Assembly: GCA_944388995.1 (NCBI GenBank)
Contig: CALXKN010000007.1
Coordinates: 4,732-68,731, forward strand
Reading direction: 5' to 3'
Source of the DNA: an uncultured Spirochaetota bacterium
GTDB taxonomy: Bacteria > Spirochaetota > Spirochaetia > JAFGXN01
Length of the DNA: 64,000 nucleotides
Shown here: one piece after another, positions 1 to 8,891 of the stretch
Position numbering within the stretch: the first letter of the stretch is position 1
Layout of the letters: each line of letters begins with the position of its first letter
The notes under the pieces: generated by a model
Told to the model about the DNA's origin: nothing
What the model saw: only the letters and a program-made list of their open reading frames with translations
Database searches by the model: none
Position numbers and translations under genes: made by a program

Positions 1-1
1 C

Positions 2-586
2 AACGGCAAGGTTCTCGTCATCATCACGAAAGAGGGATCGATTGCTTCGCCCCAAATGCCGCTGATGCGCATCTCCAATCCGGAGACAATCGCCGTCACC
101 AACGCTCTGCCGGAAAAGTACTACGAAGAGTTTATCGAAAAACAGTCGCGGATGGAGGTGTATGTCCACCGCCCCAACAGCGACAATCCGCCTCAGCCGG
201 CGTCGATTTTTTCGGTCAGCGACTTCATCGACTTTCAGAGCAAGACTTTTGTCGTCAAAAGTTCATTTGACCGCAACCCTGTCAACTGGGTGCCCGGAAT
301 GTTCGTCAAAACTGAATTTGTTTTGGAAAGCAAAAGAGACATTTACATGCTGCCGTTTGAACTGCTGGTCGCCGGCGAACGGCTTTGGATCGTTGAACGA
401 TCGGAAGAAAATCCCGAATCGGGAACCGCGCGCATGATTACGTTTGTACCAACCTATTATAATGCCGACTTTTTTGAAATCCCCGAAGAGTTTGCTTCTT
501 ACGAATTTGTCTGCGAGGGGCAGGATTTTCTGTATGAGGGAGAAGCCGTCCGTATTGTCGGGGAACCGCAGGAAACCGAACAATGA
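2..586 (+). CDS. RND efflux periplasmic adaptor (membrane fusion protein), C-terminal fragment; 5' end lies outside window
   Basis: Frame is open from nt 2 to the stop at 586 (no upstream stop inside window). C-terminal pattern PGMFVKTEFVLESKRDIYMLPFELL resembles the MFP/HlyD-family membrane-proximal domain. Stop overlaps the ATG of the downstream RND pump (ATGA). Confidence 0.55.
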   Translation, partial: NGKVLVIITKEGSIASPQMPLMRISNPETIAVTNALPEKYYEEFIEKQSRMEVYVHRPNSDNPPQPASIFSVSDFIDFQSKTFVVKSSFDRNPVNWVPGMFVKTEFVLESKRDIYMLPFELLVAGERLWIVERSEENPESGTARMITFVPTYYNADFFEIPEEFASYEFVCEGQDFLYEGEAVRIVGEPQETEQ

Positions 587-3500
587 GTCTGCCCGAATTA
601 TGTATCCGGCATAAAGCCGCTGTTGCCATCCTGACCGCCGTCGCTTTTTTGGCCGGCGTCCTCTCCTGGCGGGCGATGAATCAGGAGCTGATTCCCAACA
701 TCTCCATGCCGACGATTTACATCGCCATTCCCTATGAAGGCGCTTCGGCCGATCAAATCAACGACAAAATCACGAAAATTTTGGAAAATGAATTTTCGAC
801 AATGCCGAATCTGACGGAAATGACGGCGACCAACTTTTCGGGAGTTTCGCTGATGCTGCTGACCTTCGACGACTCCATCGATTTGTATACGAAAATCCTT
901 GATGTGCGCGAAGTCATCAATCAGAACAAAAGCCGGCTGCCGGAAGACATCCGAGAACCGATCATCGCTTTCGGAGGCGCTACCGACATTCCGATTTTTT
1001 CTTTCGCGATTATCAGCGACTCCGATTTCGAAGAGCTGGTTCGATTTGCCGAGGAAGAGTTGATTCCGGAACTCTCGCACCTGCACGGCGTCGCCGAGGT
1101 GGAAATCGACGGCTACAAACGGAGACAGGTCGACATTACGCTGAGGATGGACGATCTCTCGGCCAACGGTGTTTCGGCTCTCGAGGTGTTTGGCGCCCTT
1201 TCAACAAAATCGGTCTCCATTCCCGCCGGATACGCCACATTCCAAAAGAAAACAGTCAGTCTGAAAACGGTCTCCGAAAGCGCCGACCTTGAAGAAATTC
1301 GAAACATTATTGTCGGAAGCGCCAACGGAGCGCCGATTTACCTCGAAAATGTGGCAGATGTTGAATTGCGTTACAACGAAAAAAGCCGCGACATCACCAC
1401 CGACGGAAAAGAAGTCATCGTCGTCTCCGTTAAACGCCGTTCGGACGGAAACGCCGTTCAGATCATCGAGGAATCAAAGGAAATCCTGGCGGATTTCCGC
1501 GCCGCCAAAGGCAACAGCATCGATTTTCAAACGCTTGAAGACGACAGTACGATGGTCATCGATTCGATTAATTCAATCATTGAATCGGCTGTATTGGGAA
1601 TCGTCCTGGCGATATTAATCATTCTGCTTTTTTTGCGGGATACACGCTCGACGATCATTATCGGAACATCGATTCCGCTGAGTATCGTGTGCAGTATCAT
1701 CTGTATGAATGCGTTCGGCATCTCCATCAACTTTCTCAGCTTGTGCGGAATTACCGTCGCCCTGGGAATGGTTGTCGACAATTCGATTGTTGTTTACGAG
1801 AGTATTTTTACCCAACGCGACAAGGGAATGGATGCGGAAAAGTCGGCGGCCGAAGGAAGCCGCATCGTCGGCGGCGCCATTCTGGCTTCGACAACAACGA
1901 CAGCCTGCGTTTTTATTCCGCTGCTGTTTTTGGGAGGCATTGCCGGCATCTTTTTCAAAGATATTTCGCTGACGCTGGTTTTTTCGATTATCGCCTCGCT
2001 GGTCAGCGCCCTGACGGTTGTGCCGGCAATGTGCGCGCGGTTTCTGCGCGGCGAAAACCGTTTTAAACCGCCCCGTTTCCTGACGGTTGTCAGCGATTGG
2101 GTGGAAAACGGATTGCAGCGCCTCTCCCGGTTCTACGGAAACGCTTTGGAAACGGCCCTGACGCACCGCAAAACGGTTTTGGCGTTCGCCGTGCTGATTC
2201 TTGTCATCAGCGCATTACTAATCTCAATGATGGGCGTCATCTTCCTTCCGCCGACCGACTACTCCAACATCAAAATGGAAATGACGGTTCCCGGCAGTTA
2301 CACGTTTGAACAGTCGAAAGAAAAAGTCCGAGAAGTCGAAAATAAAATCGTTGAAATCATGGGAGAAGACTTAATGCGCCGTGTCTTCTTCGTCAACAAC
2401 GAACGCACCGACAACGTTTTTTTCATGAACGCAGCTCCCATTACCGCTACCCTCTTCCTGAAGCCGGTCGGAGAACGGGAAAAAGGAGCTTTGGAGTGGA
2501 TTGATGAGTTGGAAGAGGTGATCAGCGACGAAATTACCGACTGCGAAGTGGTTTTTACCAACGGAGGACTTGATTATCTGCTGCGTTACGTGACCGGAGG
2601 CGATAAAATCTACTCCGTCAGCATCGAAGGGAACGATTTGGATATCATGTACAAAGCTGCCGTTCAAATCGAGAATCTGATGAAACAGGATCCCGAAATT
2701 TACAAGACAAAAAAGAGTATGGATCTGGGGAGCAAAGAGGCTGTCATCCGTCTGGATCCCGACCGGATGGGAACGATGGGAATCGACAGCAAACAGGCCG
2801 CCTTTACGACGCGCATTCTCTTCAGCCGTACCAATGTCGGCGTTTTCAGTCAGAACGGAATGCTTTACGATATGTATCTGAGCAGCGATTACGGACAGAA
2901 ACCGATCACGCCGGAGTCGCTTGAAAACATTTATATCCGCAACATGATGAACGGATTTTCGGCGCTGGCCACCTTCTCCGATATCAGCTTTGAGAATGTC
3001 GCGACGAAAATCGACCGCAAAGACCGCAAGAATGTCATTACGATTACCGGTTTTGCCGACACAAACGATTTAAGCGGCATTCAGTCGCGCATGGACGCCC
3101 ATCTTGAGAAGATGAATCTCCCCTACGGCGTTTCATGGCAAACAACGGGAGCGGGAAAATTGGTCCAGGATATGCTGAAAGATGTTCTGCTGGCGCTCGG
3201 CGTTGCTATTTTTCTTGTCTACGCCGTCATGGTTATTCAGTTTAACCGTTTCAGTCAGCCGTTTATCATTCTGCTGTCAATTCCGTTCTGTCTCATCGGT
3301 GTTATTTTGGGACTGATGATTTTCGGTTCTCAAATTTCGCTGATTGCGCTGTTGGGAATCATCGCCTTGGCCGGCGTCGTCGTCAATAACGCCATCGTTT
3401 TGGTCGATTACATCAATTTTCTTCGGGATGAAAAAGGAATGGAGCTGCGTCCGGCCATCATTGCCGGTTGCCAAAACCGTCTGCGCCCGATTCTTATGAC

Positions 3501-3705
3501 GACTTTAACGACTCTCTTCGGCGTTCTGCCGCTCGCGTTTTCGAAAGGAAACGGAGCAGAGGTATATGCCCCTCTTGGGCAAGCCATTTTCGGTGGTCTG
3601 CTGACCTCAACGCTGATCACCCTTGTCTTAATTCCCATTCTGTACGAAGGACTGGAAATCCGTAAATTACGCCGAATAAAGGCTGAAAATGAGGCCGAAA
3701 AATGA
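583..3705 (+). CDS. RND (AcrB/HAE1-family) efflux transporter permease
   Basis: 1040 aa. N-terminal TM segment followed by a large periplasmic loop, 12-TM architecture, and conserved AcrB-like segments (e.g. GLVVDNSIVVYE, LLGIIALAGVVVNNAIVLVDYIN). Translationally coupled to the upstream adaptor. Confidence 0.9.
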   Translation: MSLPELCIRHKAAVAILTAVAFLAGVLSWRAMNQELIPNISMPTIYIAIPYEGASADQINDKITKILENEFSTMPNLTEMTATNFSGVSLMLLTFDDSIDLYTKILDVREVINQNKSRLPEDIREPIIAFGGATDIPIFSFAIISDSDFEELVRFAEEELIPELSHLHGVAEVEIDGYKRRQVDITLRMDDLSANGVSALEVFGALSTKSVSIPAGYATFQKKTVSLKTVSESADLEEIRNIIVGSANGAPIYLENVADVELRYNEKSRDITTDGKEVIVVSVKRRSDGNAVQIIEESKEILADFRAAKGNSIDFQTLEDDSTMVIDSINSIIESAVLGIVLAILIILLFLRDTRSTIIIGTSIPLSIVCSIICMNAFGISINFLSLCGITVALGMVVDNSIVVYESIFTQRDKGMDAEKSAAEGSRIVGGAILASTTTTACVFIPLLFLGGIAGIFFKDISLTLVFSIIASLVSALTVVPAMCARFLRGENRFKPPRFLTVVSDWVENGLQRLSRFYGNALETALTHRKTVLAFAVLILVISALLISMMGVIFLPPTDYSNIKMEMTVPGSYTFEQSKEKVREVENKIVEIMGEDLMRRVFFVNNERTDNVFFMNAAPITATLFLKPVGEREKGALEWIDELEEVISDEITDCEVVFTNGGLDYLLRYVTGGDKIYSVSIEGNDLDIMYKAAVQIENLMKQDPEIYKTKKSMDLGSKEAVIRLDPDRMGTMGIDSKQAAFTTRILFSRTNVGVFSQNGMLYDMYLSSDYGQKPITPESLENIYIRNMMNGFSALATFSDISFENVATKIDRKDRKNVITITGFADTNDLSGIQSRMDAHLEKMNLPYGVSWQTTGAGKLVQDMLKDVLLALGVAIFLVYAVMVIQFNRFSQPFIILLSIPFCLIGVILGLMIFGSQISLIALLGIIALAGVVVNNAIVLVDYINFLRDEKGMELRPAIIAGCQNRLRPILMTTLTTLFGVLPLAFSKGNGAEVYAPLGQAIFGGLLTSTLITLVLIPILYEGLEIRKLRRIKAENEAEK

Positions 3706-4523
3706 AAAAACACCTTTTTATTCTGCCGCTTTTGACAACCGCGCTTCTCACCGCTTATGCTCAGACACCGTTAAACCGGTTGGATTCACTTTACTTTGAC
3801 GGAGACGTTGAAGCCGCCTCCGTTTATGCCGAAAAAGTTCTGAACGATCCGAATCAAAGCGCTTCTCAGAAAAAAGCGGTCTCCGCTTACTTGGAAATGC
3901 GCCGATTTTTAACGGATACCACTCTCTCCGGACGGGAAAAACGCACCGGATTAGATGCCTGTCTGCTGCTTGCCGAAGAAGCGGCAACAAGCGATCCGGT
4001 TTGTGCAGATGCTTGGTACGCGCGGGCGTTGAACCGCATGTTTGCCGCCAATATGGTTCGGGAATTTTCCTCACTGGAAGCTATTACCGCGGCAAAAGAC
4101 GATTTTATTCGCGCCATCAATGCTGATCCGAATCATTTCGGCAGTCTGGCAGAACTTTCCGGAATTTACGGGCACATGCCCGAACTGATCACTTTCGGCG
4201 ACCGCAGCACAGCGGTCAGCCTTTCCAAGCAACTGTACGCTATCCGCGGAACCAAACGGGACGCTCAGCAACTGGTCTCCCTGCTCCTGCGACGCGATTG
4301 GAGCTTACGCAAACGGGAAAAAGAGCTGCCGTCTCAAGAGAGTGCTTTTGCTGCCGCAAAATCACCGTTTGAAGCGGCCGCCGCCTTTGAAGGCTCGTTC
4401 GAAGCCAAAACGCTTTTCGGAGTACCGACAGATGATCGGACGGAAGCTGTCCGTATTTCCGAGAAATTTCATTTGACCCCGGCCGACACCGACGGCGAAA
4501 AGGCCTGGAGCCGCGACTTTTAA
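3702..4523 (+). CDS. hypothetical secreted alpha-helical protein, translationally coupled to the RND pump (occupies the usual OMF position but is not TolC-like)
   Basis: ATGA overlap with the pump stop. Signal peptide MKKHLFILPLLTTALLTAYAQ. 273 aa, helical/TPR-like composition. No beta-barrel signature. Confidence 0.55.
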   Translation: MKKHLFILPLLTTALLTAYAQTPLNRLDSLYFDGDVEAASVYAEKVLNDPNQSASQKKAVSAYLEMRRFLTDTTLSGREKRTGLDACLLLAEEAATSDPVCADAWYARALNRMFAANMVREFSSLEAITAAKDDFIRAINADPNHFGSLAELSGIYGHMPELITFGDRSTAVSLSKQLYAIRGTKRDAQQLVSLLLRRDWSLRKREKELPSQESAFAAAKSPFEAAAAFEGSFEAKTLFGVPTDDRTEAVRISEKFHLTPADTDGEKAWSRDF

Positions 4524-4569
4524 AGTTATCCTCTTCCGTCTTTTGCGGATTCCGTTCAAAACAAAAAAA

Positions 4570-4591
4570 CTCCGCGGCACCCGCCGCGGAG
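4570..4591. terminator. GC-rich hairpin (CTCCGCGG-cacccg-CCGCGGAG) flanked by an A7 run on the plus side; possible bidirectional or backup terminator between convergent genes
   Basis: Perfect 8-bp stem with 6-nt loop. A-run at 4563-4569 gives a U-tract on the minus strand. There is no immediate T-run on the plus strand. Confidence 0.4.
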
Positions 4592-4783
4592 CAAAAGGAG
4601 GATATACTTTTTGCCATCTGCTTACTGAACTTTCAGCCAGCTGACATTATTACTATAACATATTTCGAGGAAATGTCAATATATTTAACAAAAAATTAAA
4701 ATAAAAAGACTTGTTTTTATTTATTACAAAATCAAAACCGTTCAATTTACGGCAAGGATTCGAAAAACCGAAACGTAAACTCT

Positions 4784-4811
4784 CAAAAAAAGGCGGAGCC
4801 GAAGCTCCGCC
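4784..4811 (-). terminator. rho-independent terminator of the minus-strand lipoprotein gene
   Basis: Stem GGCGGAGC/GCTCCGCC (4792-4799 and 4804-4811) with loop CGAA, followed on the minus strand by a U7 tract (plus A7 at 4785-4791). Lies 10 nt downstream of the stop at 4821. Confidence 0.7.
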
Positions 4812-4820
4812 GATATGCGA

Positions 4821-5261
4821 TTAATTCAAATCGATTTTTTCCATTTTTTGTCCCCGATATTTCAGGGATTTAATGTTGACCGGCAAAGACAGCGCCGCGT
4901 TGATCTCCAAATCCGTTGAAGCATACAGCCAGTGTTCTTTGACGACGCCCGATTCGACAACCAGATAAGAGAGCCCCATCATGTTGTCGCCTTCCATCCG
5001 GACAATGATTTGACGCCGCTCTCCGTCGAAACCGATTCCCAGCTGCCAATTCTCGGCATCAATGAACTGCGTCCCTTCTACAAGATCATAGGCATATTCA
5101 TTTCCGCCGTCAAAAACGATTTTCTCATCGTCGATGGAAAACTTAATTTGTTTGTCCGACGAATCCGTCAATACGTATTTCCCTTCACCGAAATTGTTTT
5201 CCGTATCGGCGCATCCGAAAAACAGCGTTAAACTGACTAAAATGAATCCAAATTTCCTCAT
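4821..5261 (-). CDS. hypothetical lipoprotein
   Basis: Signal peptide with lipobox-like LFFGCADT. 146 aa. Last gene of the CsgG-like cluster. Confidence 0.6.
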   Translation of the reverse strand: MRKFGFILVSLTLFFGCADTENNFGEGKYVLTDSSDKQIKFSIDDEKIVFDGGNEYAYDLVEGTQFIDAENWQLGIGFDGERRQIIVRMEGDNMMGLSYLVVESGVVKEHWLYASTDLEINAALSLPVNIKSLKYRGQKMEKIDLN

Positions 5262-5272
5262 TCTGATACTCC

Positions 5273-6163
5273 TTATTTCATTTGTTTTTCAAGGCGTTTG
5301 ATTTGAGAAGCGGACAGCGAATCTCCCGCGCGGCGGCAAATGTATCCGGCTTCAATCACGGCATCTTTATAGGCTTTGAATTTACTTCCCGAAGGAACCG
5401 CGCACTTGGCAACCGATCCGGCAACTTCACCGACAGCCGCAACGGCGACCAACTCTTCCGCTTTTCCTAAAGACTGATTCGTGTAAGGATCGAAAATTTC
5501 CTCGCCCTGTTTGTAAATATTGATCAATTCTCCGACGGAAAATCCGACATTGGAAATGGTGATAATTCCGTTTGAAACCGACAGTACCAAAGGAGGATAA
5601 ACGCTTTCAATGATTTCCGCTGTCAGCTTATTGGAAAGCGTTTCCATGGCAACGGCAATCACATCATTCGCCGCTTTGGTTCCGCCGCCGGCAACGGTCG
5701 CCACCGTTTTGTCGCCTTCAAAAGTCTCCCTGATGTTCTCTTGAATCACAATCCGTCCGTCATTGACATCCAAAAATTTTAATTCCAGTCCGATGGTGAC
5801 CAGATCCTGTGTCGATCCGCCCAGTCCCAAGACACTGACCTCTTTGGAATCTTTTGAAAAATCAACGATTTTCGCCGTCAGCAAAAAGTCCAAACCGCTC
5901 ATCTGCGTCAGACTGCCCAACTGAGTCAGACTTTCCTGCATGATGCTGTCGATATCGCCGACATTCCGCGTGATGACCGTGAAGCGGTTGCTTTTCACCA
6001 ATGCGGCAGAGAGATACGACTCCAGCTTTTGGGCGGCTTCTTTCGCATCGGCGTTTTCGACAACCACTTTAACGGTATCCAGACCGATAACGGGCTTTCT
6101 TTCCTGTGCAAAAACGCCCAAAACACATCCGATCATCAAAAAAACAAACAAACTTCTCTTCAT
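5273..6163 (-). CDS. CsgG-like secreted lipoprotein, paralog 1
   Basis: Start chosen at MKRSLFVFL (ATG 6161-6163) with AGGAGG 8 nt upstream. Signal peptide with a Cys at residue 14. Shares architecture with the upstream paralog (ALVKSNRF..., DFLLTA, NDGRIV, C-terminal beta-rich module). Confidence 0.5.
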   Translation of the reverse strand: MKRSLFVFLMIGCVLGVFAQERKPVIGLDTVKVVVENADAKEAAQKLESYLSAALVKSNRFTVITRNVGDIDSIMQESLTQLGSLTQMSGLDFLLTAKIVDFSKDSKEVSVLGLGGSTQDLVTIGLELKFLDVNDGRIVIQENIRETFEGDKTVATVAGGGTKAANDVIAVAMETLSNKLTAEIIESVYPPLVLSVSNGIITISNVGFSVGELINIYKQGEEIFDPYTNQSLGKAEELVAVAAVGEVAGSVAKCAVPSGSKFKAYKDAVIEAGYICRRAGDSLSASQIKRLEKQMK

Positions 6164-6192
6164 TCCTTCAACCTCCTGATTTGCTTTGTTTG

Positions 6193-7146
6193 TCAATATC
6201 CGAAGCGGGAACCCAATGCGTCCCGTTTCTTTTTCTCTTCATTGGTGATGTACTCCTGCTCATCATTCAAAGAAATTTTCTGACAGGAAAACCCTTCGTA
6301 AACATTGCCAGCATCCCCCTCCACCACCTCGGCAAAAGACTCTGTCGGACGCACCGTCGTGATTCTGACGCGAGCCACTTCATCGAATCCCAAATCGTTC
6401 AATTCGGCCATCTCTCCTTCAGGGAAAATTTTATAAATCTGTCCCTCTTCGATAAAACCAGCCCCGTAATTGATTTTAACGGAATCGCCGCTGACAGCCG
6501 TCACTTTAACCGGGTCAATCGCATTGGCGACCAAAAATCCGACTTGCAGCGCCGCTTTTCTCAGAACATCAGCAATGTAATTCTGTGAAGTTGACGCGCT
6601 GGCATAATTCTTGGTAGCGACAGGAGCCGCAATTTTTTGCTCCATATCAACAAATTCCGACATGACGATCCGTCCCGTCTGAGCGTCAATCAATTTGAAC
6701 GAGGCTCCGAAACGGAATGTTTTTGTTTCCTGAGAGTAACCTCTCGTCTTGATAATATTGGTATCGATCCCTGCCGTATCGACGGTCCCCGTCAGCAGAA
6801 AATGCACGCCTTTTAACTGCCCCGACTGCGCGGCCGTCTCCGGGTCGATCAATCCGGCGGCGCCCATTCCCTGTTCCTGAAGAAGAGCGTCCAAGCGGGA
6901 GCGTTCCAAACATTCAAAGCGTCTGGTCTTTACCAATGCGGTCGAGACCATATCAAGAAAAGAATCCATGGTAAACTGTGTTTCCGTCGGAACTTCTCCG
7001 AAAATCGTTTCCATATTGCCGACGGCATACGCCTTGTTTTCAAATTCGGCAAACCCGATTCGGATTCTTTCTTCCGGCTCTTCCTGTGAAAAGGCAGCAA
7101 AAGACAAAAAGAAAAGGCAAATACAAACGGCTGATTTTTTTCTCAT
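6193..7146 (-). CDS. CsgG-family (curli-assembly CsgG-like) lipoprotein, paralog 2
   Basis: Signal peptide with Cys. Motif string FAEFENK...TALVKTRRFECLERSRLDALLQEQ...SGQLKGVHFLLTGTV matches the CsgG-family pattern (F.VlER..L..ll.EQ...G..yLL.G.V). Confidence 0.55.
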   Translation of the reverse strand: MRKKSAVCICLFFLSFAAFSQEEPEERIRIGFAEFENKAYAVGNMETIFGEVPTETQFTMDSFLDMVSTALVKTRRFECLERSRLDALLQEQGMGAAGLIDPETAAQSGQLKGVHFLLTGTVDTAGIDTNIIKTRGYSQETKTFRFGASFKLIDAQTGRIVMSEFVDMEQKIAAPVATKNYASASTSQNYIADVLRKAALQVGFLVANAIDPVKVTAVSGDSVKINYGAGFIEEGQIYKIFPEGEMAELNDLGFDEVARVRITTVRPTESFAEVVEGDAGNVYEGFSCQKISLNDEQEYITNEEKKKRDALGSRFGY

Positions 7147-7171
7147 AAAGCACTCCTAAAAAAGATAGTGC

Positions 7172-7198
7172 ATTATAAAAAAAAAAAAAAAGAGTCAA
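7172..7198 (-). promoter_or_regulatory. sigma70-like promoter of the CsgG-like operon: -35 TTGACT, 15-nt spacer that is essentially a T15 homopolymer, -10 TATAAT
   Basis: Minus-strand read: TTGACT (7198-7193), T-tract (plus A15 at 7177-7191, first A shared with the -10), TATAAT (7177-7172). AGGAG RBS at 7153-7157 and ATG at 7146. Confidence 0.5.
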
Positions 7199-7216
7199 CG
7201 GTTTTTCCGGTAAAAG

Positions 7217-7240
7217 AAATTTTTTATAAAAAAATTTCAG
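7217..7240. promoter_or_regulatory. AT-rich near-perfect palindrome GAAATTTTTTATAAAAAAATTTC upstream of the -35 (possible UP element or regulator site)
   Basis: 23-nt inverted repeat with a one-base asymmetry, about 20 nt upstream of the -35 element. Confidence 0.3.
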
Positions 7241-7460
7241 AAAACAAACAATCCGTTCTGCGGTAAAATTGTCCGTCCGCAGGAAAAAAAGACAAAATAC
7301 CGGAAAAGATCGTTTACGGAGACGCTTACGCCGGAACCGGGAGTACGGACCGTGTAAAAAGGAACCCGGAGTTTCTCAGGGGAGACAGAGAAGCCCTGAC
7401 AGGAAGGTTTTAAGAACCGCTTCAAATTATTTTGAAACGGAGACGGCAGCCTCGTGTCTT

Positions 7461-7811
7461 CTATCGGACAAGAGGAAAGGTCTTTGTAAAGCCGCGGTTG
7501 GCAATGCCACCGATGTTGAAAACCGAGGTATACCCGGCGGCCTTCAGCCGGCGGACAGCCGCCGCCGCACGCGCGCCGCTGTGACAGTAAACAAAAACCG
7601 GCGCGTTTTTATCGGGAAGCGCTGCCTCAATTTTTTCATCGGGACAACCGGAGGGGAGCAGCAACGCGCCTTTAACGTGACCTTCTTCAAATTCCCCCGG
7701 AGTGCGGACGTCGGCAATGACGCTGCGAGAATCGGCGGCTATCCGCGACGCGGCCGCCTCCGGAAGCAAATTCACCCCGCCGTTAAAAAAACCGAACAAA
7801 CTCATCTTCAC
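7461..7811 (-). CDS. single-domain rhodanese-like sulfurtransferase
   Basis: Active-site loop VYCHSGARA (Cys-X-S-G-X-R). 116 aa. Confidence 0.8.
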   Translation of the reverse strand: MKMSLFGFFNGGVNLLPEAAASRIAADSRSVIADVRTPGEFEEGHVKGALLLPSGCPDEKIEAALPDKNAPVFVYCHSGARAAAAVRRLKAAGYTSVFNIGGIANRGFTKTFPLVR

Positions 7812-7913
7812 CTCCGAACAGACTGAAATCAGACGCCGCGCCGGATAAAATCAAGCCGGCCCCATGGCAACGCCCCCGCGGATAACCGCCGAGGAGGGCG
7901 GAAGGAACGGCGG

Positions 7914-8891
7914 TTAATCAGCCGCCGCTCGGAAAAAATTTTCAAGCGGTTTAAGAAGATTGCCAAGAGCATAACGACTGACAGCGTATTCGCGGTCGCT
8001 GCCGTCCGGCGCGACTCCGAAACGATCCTCTCCCGCAGACTCCGAAGAAACGCACAGCGTCTGCCTGCTGCCGTCGCGGAAACCGAGACTAACGGTTACG
8101 GCGGCCGTCTCGGGCGTCAGTCCGGACGGCGGAACAATCAGATCGGCTCCGCGTAATTCGGTAATTTGACGCAAAAACGAATCGACCTTCACGGTGTCAA
8201 GCGTTTCATCGTGTCCTTCCGCCTTCCAAACCAAACTTCCGTCCGGTCCGCCGGCGGTTTTGATTAACGTATAATCAAATGTCTCCCCGTCCGTCGGAGA
8301 AGTGCCTTTAACAACAACCGACTGAATCTCCGCGCTGACCGACGGATCGTCAAAAAGCGCAAGTTCCACCCAATGGGAACGGCGGGTGTAAAGATCCCAG
8401 CCCGGATCGTCGGTTTCGTAAACAACGGAATCCCCTTCCGCCCGCACATAGCGCCCGCCGCCGTCCGCTGCTTTTCCGATCAGCAGATGCCACTCTCCGG
8501 CATCGGCCGCCGTCATCCGGACAGAAATCTCCGGCGCGCCGTCGGCAACACCGAAATCGCCGTAGCGCTCTTCATTCGAAGTGATTTTCTTTCCCCTCGG
8601 CAAACCGGCAACGGTTTCAAGAAATTCCGCGACGGCGTCTTCGTCGGCCTCCGCGGCTGTTCCGTCGTAATCGACCCTCTGCGAACCGTCGGAAACGGCG
8701 ACCGAGACGGTCTGACCGTCTCCCTGAACCGTAACCGCGGTGATTTTATCCTTCGGGAAACGGGGCAGCAGCGGTCCGCTTTGTTCGCGCCCGCTGCGGT
8801 TACCGGCGGAAAAAACCGTTCCGATAATTAAAGTCAAAGTAAAAAACACGCACAGCGCCGCCGTAACGGCGATCTTTTTACGGTCGTTCAT
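7914..8891 (-). CDS. DUF4340-like protein (fourth gene of the ABC/GldG cassette)
   Basis: Start taken at MNDRKK (ATG 8889-8891), overlapping the GldG-like stop (ATGA). N-terminal TM anchor. Position downstream of the GldG-like gene matches the conserved four-gene cassette. Confidence 0.55.
   Translation of the reverse strand: MNDRKKIAVTAALCVFFTLTLIIGTVFSAGNRSGREQSGPLLPRFPKDKITAVTVQGDGQTVSVAVSDGSQRVDYDGTAAEADEDAVAEFLETVAGLPRGKKITSNEERYGDFGVADGAPEISVRMTAADAGEWHLLIGKAADGGGRYVRAEGDSVVYETDDPGWDLYTRRSHWVELALFDDPSVSAEIQSVVVKGTSPTDGETFDYTLIKTAGGPDGSLVWKAEGHDETLDTVKVDSFLRQITELRGADLIVPPSGLTPETAAVTVSLGFRDGSRQTLCVSSESAGEDRFGVAPDGSDREYAVSRYALGNLLKPLENFFRAAAD

Noticed and set aside
1615-2166. 183-aa minus-strand ORF and several other 60 to 170-aa ORFs inside the RND pump gene
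   Set aside because: They overlap a high-confidence CDS on the other strand or in other frames. Composition is biased (R/G/Q-rich).
3702-4523. Considered calling the third RND-operon gene an outer-membrane factor (TolC/OprM)
   Set aside because: Only 273 aa, helix-rich, and lacks the about 450-aa alpha/beta-barrel architecture of OMFs.
7269-7826. 185-aa plus-strand ORF spanning the lipoprotein-operon promoter and rhodanese gene
   Set aside because: Antisense to the rhodanese gene. Arg-rich low-complexity product.
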